This document shows positions 56,845 through 64,000 of a stretch of 64,000 nucleotides of DNA, piece after piece. Source of the stretch: Caldithrix sp. (GTDB taxonomy: Bacteria; Spirochaetota; Leptospiria; Turneriellales; Turneriellaceae); NCBI GenBank assembly GCA_020722745.1, contig DYKF01000001.1, positions 52,286 through 116,285 on the forward strand. The letters run 5' to 3'. The position numbers were made by a program, and so were the translations under genes. Below the pieces are notes generated by a model. The model searched no databases, was not told the DNA's origin, and saw only the letters and a program-made list of their open reading frames with translations. Every line of letters starts with the position of its first letter. Position 1 is the first letter of the stretch.

Positions 56845-58213
56845 TCTGGAAAAAATATGCGCACTGGCTACACCACCGGGGCGCAGTGCCATCGCTGTTA
56901 TCAGAGCTACGGGAAAAGGAACCATCGAAGCTGTTGAACAGTTATTCCGTTCTCAAGGCAGCAGAAATATCCACCAAAACCCCCGATCTGCCCTCTTTGG
57001 CCGCTTTGTTTTTGAAAACGAAACTCTCGACGAAATTCTACTTCTAACTTTTCCCGCCCCACGCTCCTATACAGGAGAAGACATGGTCGAAATTCAATGC
57101 CATGGAAATCCTGTCATTATCGAAAAGATATTATCGGCACTATTTCAATCTGGTTTTAGACCGGCCAGACCAGGTGAATTTACCAATAGAGCCTATGTTA
57201 ACTCTAAGATGGATTTGCTGGACGCACAGGCCGTTCTGGACATCATTGAGTCGAGAACAGAGGAAGAGCTCCAGTCAGCCTTGCGCGTCAAATCCGGTGA
57301 ATTTAGAAAGCTCCTTTATGCATTCCGATCGGCTCTCATTGGCCTGATGGCTGATCTGACCGCAGAGCTTGACTTTATTGAAGAAGATATTCAATTCGTA
57401 ACCATCGAAGAAAAACTGCAGATGCTGGATGCGCTCAGTGCCGATCTCATTCATCTGATTGACTTTTCTAAAACGCACGAACGCCTTCGCAAGGGTGTGG
57501 AAATTGTTATCGTCGGTCCGCCCAATGCCGGCAAATCCACTCTTCTCAATTATCTTCTCGGAGAAAAACGGGCTATCGTATCGCCCGTTCCAGGAACGAC
57601 GAGAGACTTTGTTGACGGCGAACTGACCATAGAAGGGATTCGCGTTCATTTTGTCGACACAGCGGGACTCAGAGAAACAAACGACGAAATAGAAAAGCAG
57701 GGAATTGCCATCAGCCGGGAAAAATCGGGAATAGCCGATCTTCTCCTTTTTGTTTTTGATCAATCCGTTTCGTGGAAAGAGACAGACTTAGCTCTTTTTT
57801 CTTTTCCGGCCAGCATGCCGGCGTTTACGATTTTAAACAAGGACGATCTTCGCCATCCGGACTGGGATACGGCCATTTCGCATCCCTTCTTTGCCGACAG
57901 GGACAGGATTTTCCGGGTGTCTCTTACAAACGGTTCTGGCGCAGAGGAAATGCGAAGCCAGCTCATCCATTTTTTGAAATCATTGAACACACACGGTTCG
58001 AGTATTCTATTGTCTGCCTGGCAGCTTGAAATTTTCGAAAAAATCCATTCCCTGTTACACGTTTCGTCTCATCTGATCCGGGCACAGGAAAGCCCGGAAA
58101 TTATTGTAGCAACAATACAGGAAGCTATCGATGCATTTGGTGAGCTGACGGGCGAGATAGATTCGGAACAGATTTTAGGGCGCATTTTTTCTAAATTCTG
58201 TATCGGAAAATAA
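56828..58213 (+). CDS. mnmE: tRNA modification GTPase MnmE (TrmE)
   Basis: 461 aa. ICALATPPGRSAIAVIR N-terminus, G1 GPPNAGKST, DTAGLR, C-terminal CIGK. Confidence 0.95.
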   Translation: MSQLADLEKICALATPPGRSAIAVIRATGKGTIEAVEQLFRSQGSRNIHQNPRSALFGRFVFENETLDEILLLTFPAPRSYTGEDMVEIQCHGNPVIIEKILSALFQSGFRPARPGEFTNRAYVNSKMDLLDAQAVLDIIESRTEEELQSALRVKSGEFRKLLYAFRSALIGLMADLTAELDFIEEDIQFVTIEEKLQMLDALSADLIHLIDFSKTHERLRKGVEIVIVGPPNAGKSTLLNYLLGEKRAIVSPVPGTTRDFVDGELTIEGIRVHFVDTAGLRETNDEIEKQGIAISREKSGIADLLLFVFDQSVSWKETDLALFSFPASMPAFTILNKDDLRHPDWDTAISHPFFADRDRIFRVSLTNGSGAEEMRSQLIHFLKSLNTHGSSILLSAWQLEIFEKIHSLLHVSSHLIRAQESPEIIVATIQEAIDAFGELTGEIDSEQILGRIFSKFCIGK

Positions 58214-58241
58214 ATTAGAGCCTGCAACTTAATTAGATCAT

Positions 58242-60071
58242 TCAATACAGCCCGTACAGTTCGCCACCTTTGGACGCAAGTTTTTCGACGATGCGGCGGG
58301 TTGCTGCATCCTCCTCTAATTCTGGAGCATGGTGTTTCTTTTTTCTTGCGTCAATAATCAAAGGACCATAGCAGCCAAAATGCTTGAATTCCTGGAATGA
58401 CTCAATGCCATAAATATCGTGGGATGGATTGGATTTGGTAAAGGTTTCCCAGAGAAAATTATTCATGTCAGATGTGAAATCTGCGTCCTCTGATAGAACG
58501 ATTAAAGCAATGCCTTCCCATTTTCTCGCCAATCCTTTTTTCTGCGTATAGGCTGACATTTCGCGCTGCACTGTTTTATAGTCACTGAAGTTTTTCCCGC
58601 TAATGGCAACCACTCCAGGCATTACCATTCGTGCCTTTTGGAATCCAGAAGGTAACGAAACGACTCCAGGCAGATCCGTGGCCAGTTTTCGTATGGCAGC
58701 ACCGGCAGCAGCAAAAACAACCTTGGAACCTTCGTTTACTCCTATAGAACTGTAATCGAGCGTATCCATGGTCGTCGATGTCTGAAAATGCAGATCGCGC
58801 GTGAAGTCGATTCTTTCGAGCAAATGCTCTAAATAGGCTGGTATATCGTGAATATCGAGTTCAGGATTGTCTTCGCTGGCTACCATAAACAAATACTTGG
58901 CCAGCGATGTCTGGTTGAACCCTAAAACCGCGTTTGCAATTGTGAGTATTTCCATGGGACGACGGCTTTCGTACGGAACATAGCGCTCACTGCCAACAGC
59001 GAGCAGGAGTGGATGCACTCCTGCAACGTCTACCGCGTGCAGGGCATGCAATCCAGGAATGCTGTCTGGAATAGCGGGAGAAGCAATTTCATGAATTAAC
59101 TCTCCAAAGTAACTATCCTCTGCCGGTGGACGCGACACAACGGTAAAAGGCCAGATCGCATTTTTTCTGTGGTATACGTTTTCCACTCTTAAATACGGGA
59201 AAGGATGAACAAGACTGTAATAGCCAAGATGATCTCCAAAGGGACCTTCTGGTTTTGTTTCGTGCAATTCAAGAGTCCCTGTGATAACAAAGTCTGCATC
59301 GGCTGAAATCACATTTCCATTTTTTCTGGCATAACGAATTCTCCTCCCGTTCATGACTCCCGCAAACATCAATTCACTCAAACCTTCGGGCAAAGGCATA
59401 ACAGCAGACAAAGTCATGGATGGCGGTCCACCGACAAACACGCTGACCTTTAAGGGTTGATTTTTCTGGATGGCAGCCGCGTGGTGAACTCCAATGCCGC
59501 GATGAATCTGGTAATGTACCCCTGCTTCTTTGTCCACTATGTAATTGTTTCCGCTTATCTGCACGCGGTACATTCCAAGATTCGACTGCTTTACTCCCGG
59601 GAATTCTGGATGCTCTGAATAAACCTGCGGCAGAGTCACAAATGCTCCGCCATCTTTTGGCCAGGATTTTATTTGGGGAAGTAAATGCAGACTGGTTTGA
59701 GCGTACATAGCTGGCACATTCCATTGATTGCGCAACGGCAAGGCATTCCAAAGAGACGGCAACAGCTTGAGAGCATCGACTGGATTTTTGAGCAGCCTTA
59801 CAGGATTTCCTTTGTATTTTGTCAGTTTTTGAGCAGACTTTATTGTATCCCGAAACAGATAGAATGCCCTGTCGCGAGTTCCAAAAAGGTTGGAAACGGC
59901 AGGAAAAGGCGAGCCTTTCACTTTCTCAAAAAGGAGAGCCGGGCCTCCCACTGCATTCACCCTTCTATGGATTGCTGGAATCACGAGTTCTGCATCGAGT
60001 TCCATGGAAATTCTGCGCAGATCCTTTTTCTTTTCTAAATCCTTTACGACATCTTCTGTGCTTTTATACAT
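58242..60071 (-). CDS. UbiD family (prenyl-FMN dependent) decarboxylase, long menaquinone-type subfamily
   Basis: 609 aa. UbiD core blocks (NLFGT..R, GMYRVQI, HHAA, PPSMTLSAVMPLPEG, GPFGDHLGYYS). Confidence 0.85.
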   Translation of the reverse strand: MYKSTEDVVKDLEKKKDLRRISMELDAELVIPAIHRRVNAVGGPALLFEKVKGSPFPAVSNLFGTRDRAFYLFRDTIKSAQKLTKYKGNPVRLLKNPVDALKLLPSLWNALPLRNQWNVPAMYAQTSLHLLPQIKSWPKDGGAFVTLPQVYSEHPEFPGVKQSNLGMYRVQISGNNYIVDKEAGVHYQIHRGIGVHHAAAIQKNQPLKVSVFVGGPPSMTLSAVMPLPEGLSELMFAGVMNGRRIRYARKNGNVISADADFVITGTLELHETKPEGPFGDHLGYYSLVHPFPYLRVENVYHRKNAIWPFTVVSRPPAEDSYFGELIHEIASPAIPDSIPGLHALHAVDVAGVHPLLLAVGSERYVPYESRRPMEILTIANAVLGFNQTSLAKYLFMVASEDNPELDIHDIPAYLEHLLERIDFTRDLHFQTSTTMDTLDYSSIGVNEGSKVVFAAAGAAIRKLATDLPGVVSLPSGFQKARMVMPGVVAISGKNFSDYKTVQREMSAYTQKKGLARKWEGIALIVLSEDADFTSDMNNFLWETFTKSNPSHDIYGIESFQEFKHFGCYGPLIIDARKKKHHAPELEEDAATRRIVEKLASKGGELYGLY

Positions 60072-61209
60072 TCTTAGCCTCTATCGTGTGTACAGTTATT
60101 TCATTAGGGCATCCGAACCGGTAAGGAAACCAGTCACCCAGCCCCCGGTTGACATAAAGCCTTGCGCCCGAAACCTCGTATGCTCCGGCGCGATATTGAA
60201 TCTTAGAATCCATGGGAGATCTCTCCCGTCCCAGCAAATCCCGCCAGCATACGGACCCGCCATGGGTATGACCACTTAAAATAAAAACATTCCTCCTATT
60301 TCCCAAATCGAGCATCGGAGTATAATAGGGGTCGTGCAGTAAAAGAATCACAGGATATTTTTCTGGAATACCGGAAAGAGCCACTGTGGCCGCTTCTCTC
60401 AGCCATTCTGCTCTTTCGTGCCTGCGCACAGATCGTGGGGGATAATCGAGTCCAGCTACCGCAACGTTCAGGTCTTTTCGGAGAATATGTTCATTGCGCA
60501 GGAACGTTACACCGGTTTTCTGCATTCTGGAGAAATAGAGATCAGAAGGTCCATCTGCATCGTGGTTGCCGCGAACGGCATATAATCCAAGAGAAAAAAT
60601 TGGGCGTATTCTCTGCAAAAACGTTATGGCTCTGTCCATGTGCGCATGCCCACGGTTTACAATGTCTCCAGAAATAAATAACAGGGGGGGAAGGTTTTGC
60701 AGTTTCTTTTTCCAGTTATCGAGAAAATCATCTGGAGTGTTGGCACCAATATGGAGATCTGAAATGTGAACAAAAGAAAGGGTTTTCGGTATGGGAACTA
60801 TCCATTCGTTTCGGAGAATTTGCGCTTTTCTCGACAGGGCCAGCATGGTATGGAACAGTAAGAGAACGGGAAACAGCTCGTAAAACAAAAAGCTCATGGT
60901 CGACTCCCGCCCCTCTGCAGCCCGCATTCTGTCTCTAACGGGAAAATACAACAGGGGTATGATGAAAAGGAAAGCCATTCCAGCGGATAAAACTAACAGA
61001 TATACATAATACCAGATTCCCTGAAAAATCAGTCCTGATTCTCTTCTGCCGTATAGCAGAGTATGCAGGAGAAGTGCCATCACGCCCGTAGATGCCAGAT
61101 AGAAAGCAATTTTACTCCAAACAGTTTGAAAAATGCTTTTGCGCGTTAGGAAGAGATACAGCTCCGTAAAAAGTATAATTATTGCCGCCGCAGATAGTAG
61201 CTGAACCAC
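60064..61209 (-). CDS. Membrane-anchored metallophosphoesterase
   Basis: 381 aa. 4 N-terminal TM helices, then calcineurin-like motifs ISDLHIG, GDIVNRG, GNHD, LLLHDP, GHTHGG. 8-nt overlap with the UbiD-family gene. Confidence 0.88.
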   Translation of the reverse strand: MVQLLSAAAIIILFTELYLFLTRKSIFQTVWSKIAFYLASTGVMALLLHTLLYGRRESGLIFQGIWYYVYLLVLSAGMAFLFIIPLLYFPVRDRMRAAEGRESTMSFLFYELFPVLLLFHTMLALSRKAQILRNEWIVPIPKTLSFVHISDLHIGANTPDDFLDNWKKKLQNLPPLLFISGDIVNRGHAHMDRAITFLQRIRPIFSLGLYAVRGNHDADGPSDLYFSRMQKTGVTFLRNEHILRKDLNVAVAGLDYPPRSVRRHERAEWLREAATVALSGIPEKYPVILLLHDPYYTPMLDLGNRRNVFILSGHTHGGSVCWRDLLGRERSPMDSKIQYRAGAYEVSGARLYVNRGLGDWFPYRFGCPNEITVHTIEAKNV

Positions 61210-61310
61210 GCGGACAAACTAAAACGCCTGTTCAGGTGTAGAAGAATTTCTTTATTCATGTGGACAGCGAGCCGCAAACAAAAAAATCCATCCTTGGAAT
61301 TTTTCCTATC

Positions 61311-61745
61311 TTACTTAGACGAATCGTTTTTGTAGGAATCCGGAATATATTCCCTGGCAAGGGACCCGCAAACCAGAGGAATTTCAAACGAACTGATAGT
61401 CTTTGCTCGGGACAGAACAAAGCCATCCCGCTCGATTTCTACAATGTAAGCAGCTCCGCTGCGGACAATGTTAAAGTGAAAATCTGCCTCGCCCTTTCTG
61501 GCAATCTTGACGGGAAAGCTGCGCCCCCGGTTTATCTGCGCATAGGAGGATCCTATAGAGCTGTGGTTGGCCTCCCCACTAATCGAGACTGTAAAATGTA
61601 CGGGTTCTACTGGAACAGGTTCTTTTACAAGCATCTCTTTTACAACAATTGTTTCTACAGGAGCTTGCTTTTCCTGAACTGCGACCTGTTCAGCCCCCTG
61701 GCAACTCCAGAATTTTAAGACTAGTAAAGGGATCATCCTTTTCAT
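61311..61745 (-). CDS. Hypothetical small lipoprotein
   Basis: Candidate ATGs at 61757, 61745 and 61736. MKRMIPLLVLKFWSC lipobox-like. Overlaps the 3' end of the response-regulator gene by about 50 nt. Confidence 0.55.
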   Translation of the reverse strand: MKRMIPLLVLKFWSCQGAEQVAVQEKQAPVETIVVKEMLVKEPVPVEPVHFTVSISGEANHSSIGSSYAQINRGRSFPVKIARKGEADFHFNIVRSGAAYIVEIERDGFVLSRAKTISSFEIPLVCGSLAREYIPDSYKNDSSK

Positions 61746-62646
61746 AATGCCGCTCATAGACGGTAACTACTTCGGTAGATTTTCCTGGTTGCATAACAAA
61801 ATAATACTCACCAACCATGCGCCGAACAAGATCGAGCCCTCGCCCGTGTTCTTTTACAAGATTGCTGATATCTTCGCCGGTTTTCATGCTGCGCTCTAAG
61901 AGCGTCTGCTGCTCAACCGACAGATACAGGGAGTCCACAATTTTGACAGGCGTTAAAGTGCCGGCATAATCGCGGATCGATATGGCAAACTGGTCTCCGC
62001 CATATCCGTATCGCACTGTAATAAAATAGGGTTTGGGGAGTTCTATGGGCATTCTCTGCATTTTCTGCTCGCTGTATCCATGGGAATGATACAATGCATT
62101 GATTAAAAGTTCCTGCCACACGAGATCCATTTCAAATTTCTGGGTCAGAGGAAAGCCCCATTCTTCCACCTGTTTGAGAATTTTTTCAATGGCCGTGCGG
62201 ATTTGTGTAGATCGCCGGATCTCCATTCTACGAATTTCTGTTATTTCAGTGAGATAGTTTTCCAAGCCAAAACAATTCTCTTCGGTTTTTTGAATGCTTT
62301 TTTGCAGAGCAGTCAACAATTCGCGTCTCTTCATTGGCTTGCTCAAAACCATGTTCATTCCGTGGTGAAGAATGAGTTCAAGATATTGATCGATATTTTC
62401 TTCGGTGGTAAATAATACGGGGATGCTGGTAGTCGATATGAAAGTGCGGATTTTACCAATGTTGAGACGATCCTGGCGCCGTGGCAATACATTAAAATCA
62501 ACCAGAGCTGCCTCAAACTTTTCATTGCGTATGAGTTCAATAGCGTGGGCAAGACTGTTCGACTGGGTAACCTGATAATTTCCTCTGGAAAGTATAGTTG
62601 TCGATATTTCCCTGTAAAGGGGATCTGCATCGCAAACGAGAATCAT
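61690..62646 (-). CDS. Response regulator receiver fused to a SpoIIAB/RsbW-like HATPase domain
   Basis: 318 aa. REC motifs (ILVCDAD, ALVDFNV, LSKPM). C-terminal HATPase_c-like N-box/G-box region (ELLINALYHSHG ... HGRGLDLVRRM). Confidence 0.8.
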   Translation of the reverse strand: MILVCDADPLYREISTTILSRGNYQVTQSNSLAHAIELIRNEKFEAALVDFNVLPRRQDRLNIGKIRTFISTTSIPVLFTTEENIDQYLELILHHGMNMVLSKPMKRRELLTALQKSIQKTEENCFGLENYLTEITEIRRMEIRRSTQIRTAIEKILKQVEEWGFPLTQKFEMDLVWQELLINALYHSHGYSEQKMQRMPIELPKPYFITVRYGYGGDQFAISIRDYAGTLTPVKIVDSLYLSVEQQTLLERSMKTGEDISNLVKEHGRGLDLVRRMVGEYYFVMQPGKSTEVVTVYERHYEKDDPFTSLKILELPGG

Positions 62647-62728
62647 TGTTTTTTATTCATCGGATAAAGACAGAGAAGTCAACACAATTATTGCTTGTCC
62701 GTTCACAGCATATCCTGTTCTGTTCCGT

Positions 62729-63742
62729 ATGAATAAACCGGCCTTTACCCACGAGGAATCTACCTTTGCGGCAAGAGACAATACTCCGCTGTATTATCAA
62801 TGCTACAAAAGCAATGCAAAAAATCCAGTGACCATTGTATTGCAGCACGGCATTGGTGAACATTCAGGACGGTACAGCCACCTTGCAGAAAAACTTGCCC
62901 CAAAAGGTTACCACGTCTACATGTGTGATGCCAGGGGCTTCGGAAACTCTCCTGGAATACGGGGAGACATCGAATCCTTTGACCGCTACGTGGAAGACCT
63001 GATTGATTTTACTGCATTTGTCCGCACTCGTGAAAAAACCGAAAAAGTTATTTTGTACGGCCATTCTATGGGTGGAATCATTGTAAGTCTCGCTGCGTAC
63101 CAGATACAGAATCAGCTCAAGGCTATTGTGTTAAGTTCGCCAGCCTTTATGGTTCAGATGGATCTAAAGACAAAAATAAAAAAAGCGATTGGAGATCGGC
63201 TTGCTGCCTGGTTTCCTTCTTTTAGGATCAAAACCGGCATCACGGGAAGCATGCTGACACACGATCCAGAAATGATGGAACGCACCCGGAAAGATCCAAT
63301 TGTTCATGGGTATATCAGCTTTCGACTCGGAAAGGAGCTTTTTCTAAAAGGGCCAGAATCTCTGCAGAAGGCAGCAGAGCTCAGCGTCCCCGTGTACCTG
63401 TTTCATGGACTCGACGATAAAATTGCAATGCCGGAAGGTTCGCGCGCCTATTACGACAAAGTTTCTTCTGTCCATAAAACCATCAAACTTTTTCCCGGAC
63501 TGCGACACGAGACAATCAACGAAACTCCGCGCGAAAGAGAAGCTGTCATGGAAGAACTCCTTACATGGCTCTCTGGCCTCACAGCCATTTCCGAAAAAGC
63601 TCCCAAAAAACAGGCCGCCCCCAAAGTAAAAGCAACAGCCAAAACGAAAAAGGCAGCTCCAGCTAAACCAGTAACGGCGGCCAAAAAACAAACGGATACA
63701 AAAAAGGCGACCGGGAAATCAACTAAGACAAAAACTAAATGA
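62729..63742 (+). CDS. Alpha/beta hydrolase (lysophospholipase/monoacylglycerol lipase-like) with C-terminal Lys/Ala-rich histone-H1-like tail
   Basis: 337 aa. HGIGEHSGRY oxyanion region, nucleophile elbow GHSMGG, HGLDD and late His (LRHE). The last ~48 aa are KKQAAPKVKATAKTKKAAPAKPVTAAKKQTDTKKATGKSTKTKTK. Confidence 0.85.
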   Translation: MNKPAFTHEESTFAARDNTPLYYQCYKSNAKNPVTIVLQHGIGEHSGRYSHLAEKLAPKGYHVYMCDARGFGNSPGIRGDIESFDRYVEDLIDFTAFVRTREKTEKVILYGHSMGGIIVSLAAYQIQNQLKAIVLSSPAFMVQMDLKTKIKKAIGDRLAAWFPSFRIKTGITGSMLTHDPEMMERTRKDPIVHGYISFRLGKELFLKGPESLQKAAELSVPVYLFHGLDDKIAMPEGSRAYYDKVSSVHKTIKLFPGLRHETINETPREREAVMEELLTWLSGLTAISEKAPKKQAAPKVKATAKTKKAAPAKPVTAAKKQTDTKKATGKSTKTKTK

Positions 63743-64000
63743 AAATTCTTGCTCCCGTTGCCGGGAAAGAAATGTTAGAAGCCGCCATCCATAACGGCGC
63801 GCATGCGGTATACGTAGGCGCCCCCGGATTTAACGCGCGGGGAAAAACCCCCGACTTTTCGGAAAAAGAGTTAAAGGATATAATTGATACCGCGCATCGC
63901 TATCGCGTGCAGGTTTATATTGCTTTTAACATTCTCATTTTTGAAGAAGAACTGGCAACTGCCGTTCAGGTTCTCAAGAACATTCTTCAGAGCGGCGCAG
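63739..64000 (+). CDS. Peptidase U32 family protein (5' part; continues beyond the window)
   Basis: My translation from ATG 63739 (ATGA overlap with the previous stop): MKILAPVAGKEMLEAAIHNGAHAVYVGAPGFNARGKTPDFSEKELKDIIDTAHRYRVQVYIAFNILIFEEEL. This is a typical U32 N-terminus. Confidence 0.8.
   Translation, partial: MKILAPVAGKEMLEAAIHNGAHAVYVGAPGFNARGKTPDFSEKELKDIIDTAHRYRVQVYIAFNILIFEEELATAVQVLKNILQSGA

Noticed and set aside
58214-58241. Possible solo right end of the E-element after mnmE (AAATTAGAGCC...TTAATTAG)
   Set aside because: Only about 11+8 nt of similarity. Part of the apparent match lies in the conserved CIGK-encoding 3' end of mnmE. This is too short to distinguish from chance.
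1-64000. Scan for tRNA, rRNA, tmRNA, RNase P, riboswitches (FMN before ribD, preQ1 before queA, SAM/lysine before mtnA/lysS), IS elements, integrases and toxin-antitoxin or defence genes
   Set aside because: Nothing recognisable by eye. The candidate leaders are either absent (genes overlap their upstream neighbours) or lack the conserved cores. A covariance-model search could still find ncRNAs that I cannot see.

Overview
This is a 64-kb chromosomal core segment. It most likely comes from a Leptospira-like spirochaete; that is an inference from the hrcA-grpE-dnaK-dnaJ order with CIRCE, the DnaK N-terminus, relaxed spirochaetal lipoboxes, and roughly 48% GC by eye. I count about 57 protein-coding genes, tightly packed with many 1-20 nt start/stop overlaps. 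Most are housekeeping: comF-ruvA-ruvC-yebC, queA, hemB, the heat-shock operon, mtnA-lysS, hisF, ybaB-recR, ribD, tig, lolCD, guaB, rpmA-obg, ppdK, murJ, yidC-jag-mnmE and a UbiD-family decarboxylase. I found no rRNA, tRNA, IS/transposase, integrase, prophage, CRISPR/cas or recognisable defence genes, and no convincing novel multi-gene system. The signals not explained by ordinary annotation are listed below. (1) A ~96-nt palindromic MITE/REP-like element has three full copies, all in convergent 3'-3' gaps. (2) A second hairpin-forming repeat family has 3-4 copies. (3) A 0.55-kb hairpin-dense non-coding island is built from both families. (4) A small ORF next to that island is broken by a one-base homopolymer frameshift. 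(5) An oxidoreductase plus an orphan lipoyl-domain gene are appended to the CIRCE heat-shock operon. (6) A 2508-aa lipoprotein combines a TolB-like propeller with a long TPR region. (7) There are two DUF4015-type putative glycoside hydrolase paralogs. (8) A rhomboid and an M50B-like protease sit upstream of lolCD. (9) A lysophospholipase-like hydrolase carries a histone-H1-like Lys/Ala tail. All family calls rest on motifs read by eye from the translations; no database search was run.
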